A DNA stretch of 62,155 nt, filler included. It is 5 parts of 5 records of this genome, joined end to end, with 100 filler letters (N's around TTAATTAATTAA, not from the genome) between each part and the next. Parts side by side here need not be neighbours in the genome. Positions count along the whole stretch, not along the records: positions 1 to 30,301 come from DRR723986_17766; 4 more parts are not named here. One strand, written 5' to 3'. The notes below the pieces were generated by a model. It did not search any database. It was given only the letters and a program-made list of their open reading frames with translations, and was not told the DNA's origin. The translations under genes and the position numbers were made by a program. Shown here one piece after another: positions 9,568 through 19,483 of the stretch; position 1 is the stretch's first letter; every line of letters starts with the position of its first letter.

Positions 9568-11304
9568 TCATTCTTCACCAATGGTATAACAAACCATTTC
9601 AGCGGCATTTCGGACGAGCAAGCGATTGCCAACCACCACCGGGTGGTTCCATGTGCGTCCAGTCAAAGCTTCAAACTTCGCCAATTCTTCATGTTCGTCG
9701 GGACGCGCACTGACCAGCGCCAGTTCACCTGTCTCGGTCAGAACAATAATCTTCCCTGAGTCTTGTAGAAGCAGAGCCTGACCTTTCCCATAGCGGCCGC
9801 CTTTCCAATTGAGGTGTCCGTCGTCGAGTGAAATCGACGCGAAAACGGTTCCATCAAATCCATAGACGTTATCTTCGTAGACGACAACATCATTGAAGTC
9901 CGGTTTCAACCGCCTGCTTGTCCAGACTTCGTCAGCGCTGATTTCCCCATCGTCGTCGAGTGAAAATTGAATCAGCCGTGTGCCACTGCCCTGTCCCGTT
10001 GGAATCAGCGCTTTGTCAGTGCCGATAATCTGCGGTTGCAAAGATCGATAGCCGGTGTGCGGCCAGGAGTAAACGAATGCTGGCGACCCATCTGTGGTAA
10101 ATAGTTCCAGTCCAACGTTGGACAGCAAAGCGAGATAGGAAGTCTCGAGTAGTGTCACTTCTTGTAGCGACGCGTAGGACATTTCTCCCGCTGCAGCGGT
10201 CCAGGCAACGGAACCTGTTTCGACATCAAACGCGATGATTCCTAAGTCGCCTTTGCCCGCCGCGTGGACGACGACATTGCCGCCGGTGACCAAAGGCGAC
10301 GACGAGAATCCCCACATCGGCGCGGATCGCTGAGCGACTTCTTCAAGGTTGGACTGCCATGCGGTCTTGCCAGTTTGTGCATTTATCTTTGTGACCAATC
10401 CAGAGGCCCCCATCGAATACACGAAGCCCGCGTCGTAGGTCGGCGTTGCCCGCGGTCCGAGACCACCGAGGGCTTCGAAAAACCTAGCATCACTCGAGTT
10501 CTCCCAAACCTCCGTGCCGTCTGTCAGGCTATAACAAACGGTTGCTTCCTGTTCGCCGCGTTGCTCTTGGGTGAAGATGTAGTCGCCCACCACGCTGACG
10601 CTTGACCATGCTGGGCCGACTGAAGTTCGCCAAACCTCCTCGGGAGGAGTCTCCCATGAGCCAATGTCGCCCGCGGTTGTCGCACCATCTCGGCCTGCGC
10701 CGCGAAAGCCCGGCCACTGAGCAACTTCGGGCAGTTCGACTGGTTCACTTGCGACGTCGACGTCCGGTGTCTCACGTCGATCGGCAAGTTCCTCCAAGAA
10801 AGCCTCCTCAGCGGACTTGGTGAACCTTGGGTGCAAGTCGAAGCTAAAGTTCCCCCAAGCCCCTTCGTTTCGAAATAGTGCCGTTGCACCGGCGGCAATT
10901 GCACAGCAGACTATCCCCACAAGTACGCGGCGCGGTGAACTGGAACGGCTGACTGCCAGCAAGCCAACACCAAAACCAGCCAGAGCGATCGGCATGGTGA
11001 ACACGGCGATGAGCCCGGTTAGTGACTTGTGCAGCAGAAGCGACGCGCCCACGATACAGCCAATGCAGCCTGCAAAACCAATGATTCGCTCACGAGCGGT
11101 CGCACGGCTAAGGCACAGCCACCATACAAATAGGAGCACCAGGCCTGCTAGTGTTGGACCGAAAGATGCGATCGCCCAGGTCCACGACGGACCCTCTTCC
11201 CAAAGCTGCGGAGCAAAGCGCGCCGCAACCATGAGTGCGAGCAAAATTACTGGCAGGAAAACGCTGAGCGGCCGACGCTCGGGTTTGCTCGATTCTTGAC
11301 TCAT
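9568..11304 (-). CDS. Membrane-anchored PQQ-like (BamB-type) beta-propeller protein
   Basis: About 5 N-terminal TM helices, WPGFRG, RATPT, GKTAWQ, SSSPLV, TWNHPVV repeats typical of planctomycete PQQ_2 proteins. Confidence 0.9.
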   Translation of the reverse strand: MSQESSKPERRPLSVFLPVILLALMVAARFAPQLWEEGPSWTWAIASFGPTLAGLVLLFVWWLCLSRATARERIIGFAGCIGCIVGASLLLHKSLTGLIAVFTMPIALAGFGVGLLAVSRSSSPRRVLVGIVCCAIAAGATALFRNEGAWGNFSFDLHPRFTKSAEEAFLEELADRRETPDVDVASEPVELPEVAQWPGFRGAGRDGATTAGDIGSWETPPEEVWRTSVGPAWSSVSVVGDYIFTQEQRGEQEATVCYSLTDGTEVWENSSDARFFEALGGLGPRATPTYDAGFVYSMGASGLVTKINAQTGKTAWQSNLEEVAQRSAPMWGFSSSPLVTGGNVVVHAAGKGDLGIIAFDVETGSVAWTAAAGEMSYASLQEVTLLETSYLALLSNVGLELFTTDGSPAFVYSWPHTGYRSLQPQIIGTDKALIPTGQGSGTRLIQFSLDDDGEISADEVWTSRRLKPDFNDVVVYEDNVYGFDGTVFASISLDDGHLNWKGGRYGKGQALLLQDSGKIIVLTETGELALVSARPDEHEELAKFEALTGRTWNHPVVVGNRLLVRNAAEMVCYTIGEE

Positions 11305-11672
11305 GGAATGACTCTATTGAATGGGGGCGGCTATTTTGCCGGGCAGTTCTTTGAACGTTGGGAACGGCGCACGAATCGTCACTCCGCAATCACCGATGGG
11401 AGGAGCACGGGCGAACCGTTAGGGAGCAATAGCTTACCCGACTGTTTGAGAATCGAACATTCGAAATTGGCGGGCCGTCGAGGGCGTAGAAGCCTGCGTT
11501 TTTTCCCGCTCCACTCCGGTAGCGAGAGACACTGGACCGTGCGAATTGCCGACTCTGAGTGACTTAGGATCCGCGGCGAGCCAGCAACTTCAGTCTGCTA
11601 CAATGCGTTAGTTGATTTGGGGCTAGGGCTAATTGGTTTGCGGCTAGAACACTGTCAGGCGAGGAAATACTT

Positions 11673-13169
11673 GTGCATAACAGACGACGGTTCATGGATA
11701 GGTCGTTTCTGGCCGCAGCAAGCGGCGCGGCAGGCGTCTTCGCATTACCCAAACTGACCGCGCAAGAGACGCAGGTCACAAAGAAGATGGTTCAGTTCAG
11801 CGATGACATTGAACCGGTCGTTCAGTTTCTTGAAAATACTCCACGGGAACAGATCGTCGACCGAACTCTCGCTCAAGTTCGCGCGGGACGCTCCTACCAA
11901 GAGCTACTGACTGCAAGCTTCTTAGCCGCAATTCGAAATGTCCAACCGAGGCCTTCTGTCGGGTTTAAGTTCCATAGCGTGCTAGTGATCCACTCTGCTC
12001 ACCAGGCTGCCATGGATGCACAAGACGAATATCGGTGGATGCCTTTGCTCTGGAGCGTAGACTACTTCAAGCGAGCGCAGCAATCTGATCGACGGGAAGG
12101 TGATTGGACGATGGCACCGCCGCCAAGCGAGCGGCTACCAGAAGCTCAGCAAGCCATCCCAGCTCTTGATGAAGCGCTGAAGCGGTGGGACGTTGAGGCT
12201 GCTGATGCCGCCGCGACCGTTGTAGCCAGGACAGCCTCAAGTGCGGAGATCCTAAGCCTGCTAGCCAAACATGCGGCTCGCGACTATCGAAGCATCGGTC
12301 ACAAGTCGATTTATCTCGCGAATGCATTTAGAACACTCGAGGTCATCGGGTGGCATCATGCAGAACCGGTCATTCGATCCCTGTGCTATGCGATTCTCAA
12401 CCACACCGGCGATCCCAATCCCGCCGATTCGGACTTGGAGGTTGATCGCGTTGGTAGGTCGAACTGGAAACGAGTTGCTCGGCTTTCAAAGAACTGGCTC
12501 GCAACAGTTCGCAAGCCAGAGGATACGCCGGTGATCGTAGAGGCCTTACGTACTGCTTCACCCGAGGAAGCTTCCGAATTGGTCGTTGCGTTGATTGACT
12601 CGGGCACTCATCCGGACAGCATTTTTGACGGCATCATGCTTGCCGCTGCAGAACTTGTCGCCCGACAACCCGCCATTGTGCCGCTTCACGCCGTCACGAC
12701 TTCCAACGCGATCAGGTTTCTCTATCGCAGCACCAGGAACGTTCGGACTCGCCAGTGGCTCTTGCTTCAGAACGCTGCCTTTATCCCTCACTTCCGCCAG
12801 TCCGCAGAGGATCGAGGTGAGTTGAAGCGACAAGACCTTCTTTCGTTAGAATCAGCATCCAAGGAGCCAGGTTCTTGGGAAGAGGTGTTTGCACAAGTTG
12901 GCAAGGAACGCGATTCAGCGGCGGGGGCGATTTTTTCGCTCTGCCAATCGCCCGAGCAGGCCCGTCAGTTGGTCCAGCGAGCTAGGGAGATGGTATTCCT
13001 GAAGGGCAACGATGCCCACGACTACAAATTTAGCTCTGCCGCCCTAGAGGATTACCTTTCGCTGAATCCAAAGTGGCGATCGCATTACCTCGCCGGGTGT
13101 TCTCACCTCCTGCACGGATCAAGTAAGCCAACCACGGCGCTTGCCAAACGCGTTCTTGACAGCCAATAG
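11673..13169 (+). CDS. Tat-exported conserved helical-repeat protein
   Basis: RRRFM twin-arginine leader; four His-bearing helical segments. Confidence 0.8.
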   Translation: MHNRRRFMDRSFLAAASGAAGVFALPKLTAQETQVTKKMVQFSDDIEPVVQFLENTPREQIVDRTLAQVRAGRSYQELLTASFLAAIRNVQPRPSVGFKFHSVLVIHSAHQAAMDAQDEYRWMPLLWSVDYFKRAQQSDRREGDWTMAPPPSERLPEAQQAIPALDEALKRWDVEAADAAATVVARTASSAEILSLLAKHAARDYRSIGHKSIYLANAFRTLEVIGWHHAEPVIRSLCYAILNHTGDPNPADSDLEVDRVGRSNWKRVARLSKNWLATVRKPEDTPVIVEALRTASPEEASELVVALIDSGTHPDSIFDGIMLAAAELVARQPAIVPLHAVTTSNAIRFLYRSTRNVRTRQWLLLQNAAFIPHFRQSAEDRGELKRQDLLSLESASKEPGSWEEVFAQVGKERDSAAGAIFSLCQSPEQARQLVQRAREMVFLKGNDAHDYKFSSAALEDYLSLNPKWRSHYLAGCSHLLHGSSKPTTALAKRVLDSQ

Positions 13170-13230
13170 CTGCCATGGCGATCTTAAAGTTATCTCTTTG
13201 TCCGCCACTTGTCCAAACTCTCATCCAGCC

Positions 13231-15603
13231 ATGCCAATCCCACGCCTTCACCTTCTTGTCCCAATGGCAATTGTTACGTGCCTGCAGATGCAAGTTGATG
13301 TCAATTCGCTTGCCGCCGCGAAACCCGAGTTTCCTGACAGCGGACATTTCTTTCGTGGCGAGCCCAGTCCTAGCGAGCCCACTCATAACAAGACTGTACC
13401 ACCGCAGAACAAGCCGGCGCGTCCGAATATCCTCTACTTCTATGTCGATGATATGGGCTGGGGATCGATCGGGCCCAATGGTCAGGCGCGGCGGCGGGAG
13501 CAGGGACTGCCGGTCGTGCTAACGCCGAACTTGGACCGGCTGGCGGCAGCGGGAGTCAACTTTACCCGCGGCTATGGATGTCATGTATGCTCGCCTGCCA
13601 GATCTTCGCAACAAACTGGCTTCCACCAAGGGCACACATTTGCAGATCGAAACGACCCGAACAACGCCCGAAAGGCAATTCGTGCTGATGATCCATCTAT
13701 TGGTAAATCGTTGTCGGCGGCTGGCTACACGACCGGCTACTGGGGCAAGTGGGGGTACGGCGGATCGAAGGAACAGCGATCTCCCAAAATTGACAACGTG
13801 CAGACGCTACCAACGTCTCACGGATACGAGTACGTGCTGGCTGAGTTGCATCATGTTCGAGCGCATACATTTTTTCAGCCGACTTTGTGGAGTGCTCCAG
13901 CTAGTCCAGGATCGCTGGGCGGCATTGAACTCGTTTCGAACACACGAGAGCGTCTGAGGTCGATTCCAGACCTGCCCCTCAAACCGTCGATGCACAACCA
14001 CGCGGATTACCCGAAGACGGCGTACTGCGATGACGCGTATGCTTTCGCCGCGTTGCAGTTCGTCCAGGCGCAGGCGATTCAGTACAATCAGACCGGTCAA
14101 CCATTCCTCGGAATCCTGGCTGTCCAGATTCCACACGCGCCCTTCGGCGAGGTCTCGACGTTGCCTGATTGGGATCAAGCCTATGCGGCCGATCCCCACT
14201 TTGCGAAGCTGGCCGAACAATCCAAACAATGGGCAGCAATGGTAACGCGTATCGATCAACACTTTGGCAATATTCTCGATGCGTTGGAGGATCCCAACGG
14301 TGACGGTGACACGTCGGATTCCGTTGCCGCAAATACAGTGGTGGTTTTTCAGTCAGATAACGGAGGACCACGCGGACGCAATAACGAGCAATTCGATGCA
14401 AACGGAGGATTGCGTGGTACGAAGGGCAGCATACAAGAGGGCGGGATTCGAGTTCCTTTGGTGATGCGTTGGCCTGCAAAGATTCACGCCGAATCGCCGC
14501 TGAAGGCGGGCTCAAGTGTAGACACAGTCGTCGATGTCACCGATCTCTTTCCCACATTCTGTGAACTGGCCGGCGCTCCCCGTCCGCTGGGTATCGATGG
14601 CGTTTCCATTGCCCCGACTCTCACTGGCGAAGGCCTTCAGCGTCGTCGTGATTTTATCATTCACGAAGCGAGCAATGGACAGTCGATCATCCGTGGCAAC
14701 ATGAAACTAGTTCGTTCTCGAAAGTCTACCGCGGCACTCTACGATCTCAGCAACGATCCCACTGAAGCCGAGAATATCGCATCGCAGCATCCTGAAATTG
14801 TTCGGCAGCTTGAGGAGCTCCTTATCGGCGAACGCGTGACTGAACCGAAAGGATTTGCCAACACGTACCACCGATGGACCGGCGCGGACGGGGCCAATAC
14901 CTCGGAGGCTGGCAATTGGTCAGACTACCAGTATTCGAATGCTGGGATCGTCTACATGCAGGATCGTGGCGCACCGCAGAAGTCTTGGGTTGCTACCATT
15001 GCAAATGGTGCCCGCGAACATTCAACTGCAATTGTCGACGCCAACTTAGAAATATTGGCGCTCCAGATCGCGGGCAACCCAGTGCACGGTGTTGAACAGA
15101 TAGTTGAACTTGGTGAGGGTGTTTCGCTGGTTGGTCGCAACGAAGTTCGCGTCGCTGAGCTTGGGCGACTGTCAATCAATGATTCAACGGTCCGCTCACT
15201 ACGGTGGATTGACATTGAACCTGGCGGGACCGTTTCGGGAACAGGCGAGCTGATTGGGACAACCTACAACTCCGGCACACTTGAAGTTCCGCGATCGTCT
15301 GAAATTCGGAAATCGCTCGGCGGTATTCAGGTGGTTGGCGACTACCATCAGAGTGACAGTGGCCGTATCGTTGTAGCTGCACCTTGTGAATCACAACCTT
15401 GCATTCAGATCACAGGCACGGCTCACCTTGCCGGCAGTATTGAGCTAAACGAATTGGGCGGTGGGAAAATTAAATCTGGTGCTACTCTTACGCTGCTTTC
15501 TGCCAGCCGCCTCACCGGCAAGTTCGCTGAATCCAAGATCTCGATCCCCGAGGGGCTTGAGCTTCGCTACACGGACACATCGGTTATCGTTGCTGCGAAG
15601 TGA
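13231..15603 (+). CDS. Sulfatase with a C-terminal beta-strand/passenger-like extension
   Basis: PNILYFYVDDMGWG, CSPAR, GKWG, SDNGG, EGGIRVP, then ~240 aa of Gly/beta-rich tail. Start uncertain. Confidence 0.9.
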   Translation: MPIPRLHLLVPMAIVTCLQMQVDVNSLAAAKPEFPDSGHFFRGEPSPSEPTHNKTVPPQNKPARPNILYFYVDDMGWGSIGPNGQARRREQGLPVVLTPNLDRLAAAGVNFTRGYGCHVCSPARSSQQTGFHQGHTFADRNDPNNARKAIRADDPSIGKSLSAAGYTTGYWGKWGYGGSKEQRSPKIDNVQTLPTSHGYEYVLAELHHVRAHTFFQPTLWSAPASPGSLGGIELVSNTRERLRSIPDLPLKPSMHNHADYPKTAYCDDAYAFAALQFVQAQAIQYNQTGQPFLGILAVQIPHAPFGEVSTLPDWDQAYAADPHFAKLAEQSKQWAAMVTRIDQHFGNILDALEDPNGDGDTSDSVAANTVVVFQSDNGGPRGRNNEQFDANGGLRGTKGSIQEGGIRVPLVMRWPAKIHAESPLKAGSSVDTVVDVTDLFPTFCELAGAPRPLGIDGVSIAPTLTGEGLQRRRDFIIHEASNGQSIIRGNMKLVRSRKSTAALYDLSNDPTEAENIASQHPEIVRQLEELLIGERVTEPKGFANTYHRWTGADGANTSEAGNWSDYQYSNAGIVYMQDRGAPQKSWVATIANGAREHSTAIVDANLEILALQIAGNPVHGVEQIVELGEGVSLVGRNEVRVAELGRLSINDSTVRSLRWIDIEPGGTVSGTGELIGTTYNSGTLEVPRSSEIRKSLGGIQVVGDYHQSDSGRIVVAAPCESQPCIQITGTAHLAGSIELNELGGGKIKSGATLTLLSASRLTGKFAESKISIPEGLELRYTDTSVIVAAK

Positions 15604-15721
15604 TGTTGATGTCGACGGCAACCAGTTCGCTAGCCTCGCGCTCGGCAAGACCACGACGCGATTTCTGCGAACGCTAGTCTCGTTAGTTCGCTAGATTTTG
15701 TTGGATTGTCGAGGTTGTCGC

Positions 15722-15759
15722 AAAAGAAGAGCCCGAGATTCGCTACAAATCCCGGGACT
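15722..15759 (-). terminator. Intrinsic terminator downstream of tRNA-Leu
   Basis: Minus strand AGTCCCGGGATT-TGTAGCG-AATCTCGGGCT followed by CTTCTTTT. Confidence 0.65.
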
Positions 15760-15763
15760 TTAG

Positions 15764-15850
15764 TAGCTGAGGCGGGGTTCGAACCCGCACAGGGCTATTC
15801 ACCCCGCAGGATTTTAAATCCTGTGTGTCTGCCAATTCCACCACTCAGCC
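15764..15850 (-). tRNA. tRNA-Leu(TAA)
   Basis: Minus strand GGCTGAG TGGTGGAATTGGCAGACAC, anticodon arm CAGGA-TT-TAA-AA-TCCTG, long variable arm, GGTTCGAACCC T-arm, CTCAGCT-A; CCA not encoded. Confidence 0.97.
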
Positions 15851-16016
15851 AAGTTGTGTATTAAGTGAAAATAGTAACGTTCGAATTCAAACTCTGCGAC
15901 CCCCGATATCCTGGACACCAAAATCCCATTAACCGTTCACGCTCGGCGGGGCGAATTGGAGACTGCTGAATAGTCGATTGAGGCAATTGCTGTCGAAATC
16001 GGGGCTGCTGTCGTTC

Positions 16017-16036
16017 GTAGTACCGCCTTCAGGCGG
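16017..16036 (+). repeat. GTAG-type REP-like palindrome
   Basis: GTAG-TA-CCGCC-TTCA-GGCGG in an intergenic region. Confidence 0.55.
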
Positions 16037-16164
16037 AAGACGCTCTAGGAAGTCGGACTAGGTCTGGCGATGAAAGCGACGATGATCGTGCTACCAAAGC
16101 GAGTGGGTACTGCATCGATTTATCCAGTGGAATTCGTTACTTAACTAATGGAGGTTTGTGAGCG

Positions 16165-16968
16165 TTGTTGCGAAGTTCTGCTGTGCGCAGTTATGGCGTG
16201 TTTGCGCTAAAAGCGTTCTGCGTGCTTGCGCTGATGGTAGTCGTGGATGGCTTGTGCGTTGTCGTACAAGCAGCAGTGTTTCGAATTGTTCAATCGATTC
16301 CGACTCTTCAAGCATGCTGGGAATTTACTAAAGGGCTTTCAGCAGGTGCCTATTCGGCAGGCATCGCATGGCTAGTGATCTATGTGGCTCGGCGGATGCA
16401 GATTGCTGTCTTGATCGCGTTCACTTTCCTACTGCAGCCTCTCCATGCACGGTTGATCAATTGGTTTTCCGGCAGTTTCGATATGCTTTTGATTAATCAC
16501 CTGCCGTCAACGTTTATGAACGTCAGTGCCCTGACTACCGCATTGGCGTTTTCTTTATGCAGCGCTGCACTGCAAAGAAAGCACACAAGTTTGGATGCCA
16601 GCAAGCCCTCCTGGCTGCTCACTGTGTGTGGTTTGACAGCCATGCTCGCGATTCTCGCAAGACGTTACTCAATCGAAGAATATAGGTCATGGTATGTTTG
16701 CGTAACGCTGGTAGATCTGACAGCGAGTGCATGCGCATGTTCTGCGCTCCTGCTTTGCTGTTATCAGCCACGGAAGTTTCTGTGCGCCGGAGCAGCGATA
16801 TGTGTCGGTGCGGCATGGTATCGCATCTACCAAACGGGGCTCGGGGAACTTGTAGAGTACTGGTTCTGGGACCGCTACGGAATCTGTATGAATCCAACTG
16901 CATTCTCTTGTGGGTTGTCGATATCCGTTGGATTAACTTCGATGCTCCTGTGCAAGCGCGAGCGGTAG
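16165..16968 (+). CDS. Hypothetical polytopic membrane protein
   Basis: About 7-8 hydrophobic segments, Cys-rich; GGAGG at 16150-16154 upstream. Confidence 0.6.
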   Translation: MLRSSAVRSYGVFALKAFCVLALMVVVDGLCVVVQAAVFRIVQSIPTLQACWEFTKGLSAGAYSAGIAWLVIYVARRMQIAVLIAFTFLLQPLHARLINWFSGSFDMLLINHLPSTFMNVSALTTALAFSLCSAALQRKHTSLDASKPSWLLTVCGLTAMLAILARRYSIEEYRSWYVCVTLVDLTASACACSALLLCCYQPRKFLCAGAAICVGAAWYRIYQTGLGELVEYWFWDRYGICMNPTAFSCGLSISVGLTSMLLCKRER

Positions 16969-17422
16969 CCAGTTGTGAGGGTTCTGCATCGCCCAGTTGA
17001 GCGACTCTGCGGAATGTACCGAATCTACGGCGAGTAAAAAACTACTGCTTTTGGGGAGGAGGCTTGGCCGATTACATCACTACACGAGGGCTGTTGCCCT
17101 ACTGTTGCCACCTCGCCTTTGAACTGACGTCGCCCTAGGTCACACTTGTGGCCGCTTGCCGTCGTTGGTTGACACAGAATCCATCTGCATCGTCAAAGCA
17201 CTACATCAATTGCCATGATGTAAATGCGTTGCCTGACCATGCAGATGGTTTTTTTATGCGCTGGCATTTCCGGCTGGTGAGCTGCGCGATCGGACTTGAG
17301 AAAATCACAAACAATCAGCCGCAAAATTGGCGCAATCGCGCCAAATACCTCAAGCCGTAAACTTTACCAAGTCGATACCGCTTACATAGGGGATTTTTAG
17401 CTGTAAGAGATCGGTATCTACG

Positions 17423-19483
17423 ATGCGCATGCAAGCAATAACATTCGGGCGTCCATGGCTAATAGCCTGCCCGCTTCTATTGCTTGCAATGGCTGCCCCT
17501 ATCTGGGTTGTTGCCGAGCCGCTGCAGCGCCGCGACGCTGAGGCAAAGAGTTCGAAAGGGGGCGTATCTGCTTCCCTTTCAGATCGCGGCGAAACTGAGC
17601 CATTCCGCAATCCATTCCGGGATGAACCTTCTGCGAGCAAAATCACCACAGAAACGCTTCCCCGCCCGGTAACGGCGAAACTGGGGCTGGTGCAGTTCGA
17701 CGGAATCCCTCTTGCTGATGCAATGAAAGTGTTCAGTGCTGAAACAGGCCTGAACGTGCTCTGTTCCTCTGAAGCAGGCCAGACACCCATTACGGTCTAT
17801 CTGCGCGATGTGGATCCCATTGAAGCGTTGGCTGCCATCGTGAAAGCCAATGGGCTGTTCTATCGAATCGAAGAGAACTCCCAGATTGTCAGGATAGCAA
17901 CCGCGGCTGAATACGAAAAAGACTTGACCAGTTTTCGGGACGAGAAGACGCGTGTCTTCACGCTACTGTATCCGAATCCAGTTGCCGTGGCGCAAGTCAT
18001 TGCCCAAGTGTTCGGCGACCGCGTAGACTTGCAGATGGCCGACGCCGACGTTCATGACCTATCGGATTTGTCGCAGCGTTTCAATCGATTTGACTTAATG
18101 GACGGTCGGTCGCTCGGACTTGGAAACCCTCAGGCGAATCAGCAAAACCTTGGCGCAAACAACCTGAATCAACTGGGCACCAACGCCCTGGGGTTCGGCG
18201 CAGCAAATGGTTTGGCAGGCGGGATGGGCCCTCTAGGACTTAACGGGCAAAATCTCAATCCACGTCGACAAGAGCGTCCGAATCAACTGGAGCTATCTGC
18301 TGACGAAATCCAGGCACTTGAAGACAGCATTGCACGCGATGGTGATGTCGGTAGTAATGCACGCAGTTCGCTGATGCAACGTGGGAAGGCGACCATTTTC
18401 GTCTCGACCATTCGACGCAACAATCAGATTGTCGTCCGGACGGGCGACGAGCGTTCGATGGAAGAAATCGAAAAGCTAGTCGCACAGCTCGATGTGCCAA
18501 CACCGACGGTGATGCTAGAAGTAAAGGTGCTGCGAGTATCCTTGGCCGAAGGGATCGAGTCTGCGTTTGAGTATTTCGCTGGCGGTGATGATGAAGCGGT
18601 CGGGTTTAGCGATGGTAGTTTACTACCCACTTTTCCAGGCGGCACGTCGGCAGCACGGCAATTTGCTCCAGGCTTGGGTGTGTCGGGCAAGATCCCCGGT
18701 TCACTCACTTTCCAGGTCGTCGACGAAAATTTTCAATTCCGAATGCAGTTGTTGGAAAGCCAGGCTCGCGTCACAGCTCTTGCGACTCCACTGATCCTGA
18801 CTGCGAATAATGAAGTGAGTCGCATTTTCGTCGGCGACACGCTTCCGTTCACGGTCGGTTTCACGCCGAGTCAGGTGGTTGGTGGTTTCAATTCGGTTAC
18901 CGGAGCGGTTGCGGCAACTCCAGTGACTGAGTTGCGGGATGTCGGGCAATCGCTTCTCATCACACCTAACATCAATGCCGACCGTACCGTTACGCTGCGA
19001 ATCGTCGAAGAGAATTCCGAACGAGTTCTCGGCGGTGCTTCGATTCCGGTTCCCGACGTCGATGGTTCGGGGGTGACGGCAGTCAATGTTGACACCGTCC
19101 GCCGTAGAACGCTCAGCGGGACGGTTGTAGCGCAAGATGGAATGGCGGTAGCACTTGGCGGGTTAATCGAGGAGAGCGTTGTCGAGTCGAAAGATCAAGT
19201 GCCGGTACTTGGCGACGTTCCTGGTCTTGGATTTCTATTCCGCCGGCATACGGATCGAAAGCAGCGCAGCGAGCTGATCGTTGTGATTCGGCCCTATGTG
19301 TTCAACACTCCAAGCGAATCGGCGGCGACGAGCGAAATGATGCTCGACGACCTATCGTTGCATCCCAATGCCAGCGGAGCTTCGGGGACGCTCAACACTT
19401 ATATGCCGTGCGAGGTCGTACGAACAGACGCAGAGTGCGTCGAACGAGCCAGGCGAATGCAGCTCCACACCGTGAGGAAGTAA
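17423..19483 (+). CDS. Secretin (GspD/PilQ superfamily)
   Basis: Signal peptide, N0-like domain (FDGIPLADAMKVFS), N3 (NNQIVVR...LDVP), secretin domain (VMLEVKV, ITPNIN, LGGLIEE, VPVLGDVPGLGFLFR, SELIVVIRP). Confidence 0.92.
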   Translation: MRMQAITFGRPWLIACPLLLLAMAAPIWVVAEPLQRRDAEAKSSKGGVSASLSDRGETEPFRNPFRDEPSASKITTETLPRPVTAKLGLVQFDGIPLADAMKVFSAETGLNVLCSSEAGQTPITVYLRDVDPIEALAAIVKANGLFYRIEENSQIVRIATAAEYEKDLTSFRDEKTRVFTLLYPNPVAVAQVIAQVFGDRVDLQMADADVHDLSDLSQRFNRFDLMDGRSLGLGNPQANQQNLGANNLNQLGTNALGFGAANGLAGGMGPLGLNGQNLNPRRQERPNQLELSADEIQALEDSIARDGDVGSNARSSLMQRGKATIFVSTIRRNNQIVVRTGDERSMEEIEKLVAQLDVPTPTVMLEVKVLRVSLAEGIESAFEYFAGGDDEAVGFSDGSLLPTFPGGTSAARQFAPGLGVSGKIPGSLTFQVVDENFQFRMQLLESQARVTALATPLILTANNEVSRIFVGDTLPFTVGFTPSQVVGGFNSVTGAVAATPVTELRDVGQSLLITPNINADRTVTLRIVEENSERVLGGASIPVPDVDGSGVTAVNVDTVRRRTLSGTVVAQDGMAVALGGLIEESVVESKDQVPVLGDVPGLGFLFRRHTDRKQRSELIVVIRPYVFNTPSESAATSEMMLDDLSLHPNASGASGTLNTYMPCEVVRTDAECVERARRMQLHTVRK

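Noticed and set aside
15764..15850. tRNA-Leu as the integration site of an island
   Set aside because: No integrase nearby, and I did not see a duplicated tRNA 3' end in this contig
17351..17379. Sigma28-like promoter upstream of the secretin (TCAAG...GTCGATA)
   Set aside because: Spacing does not fit the consensus and the match is short
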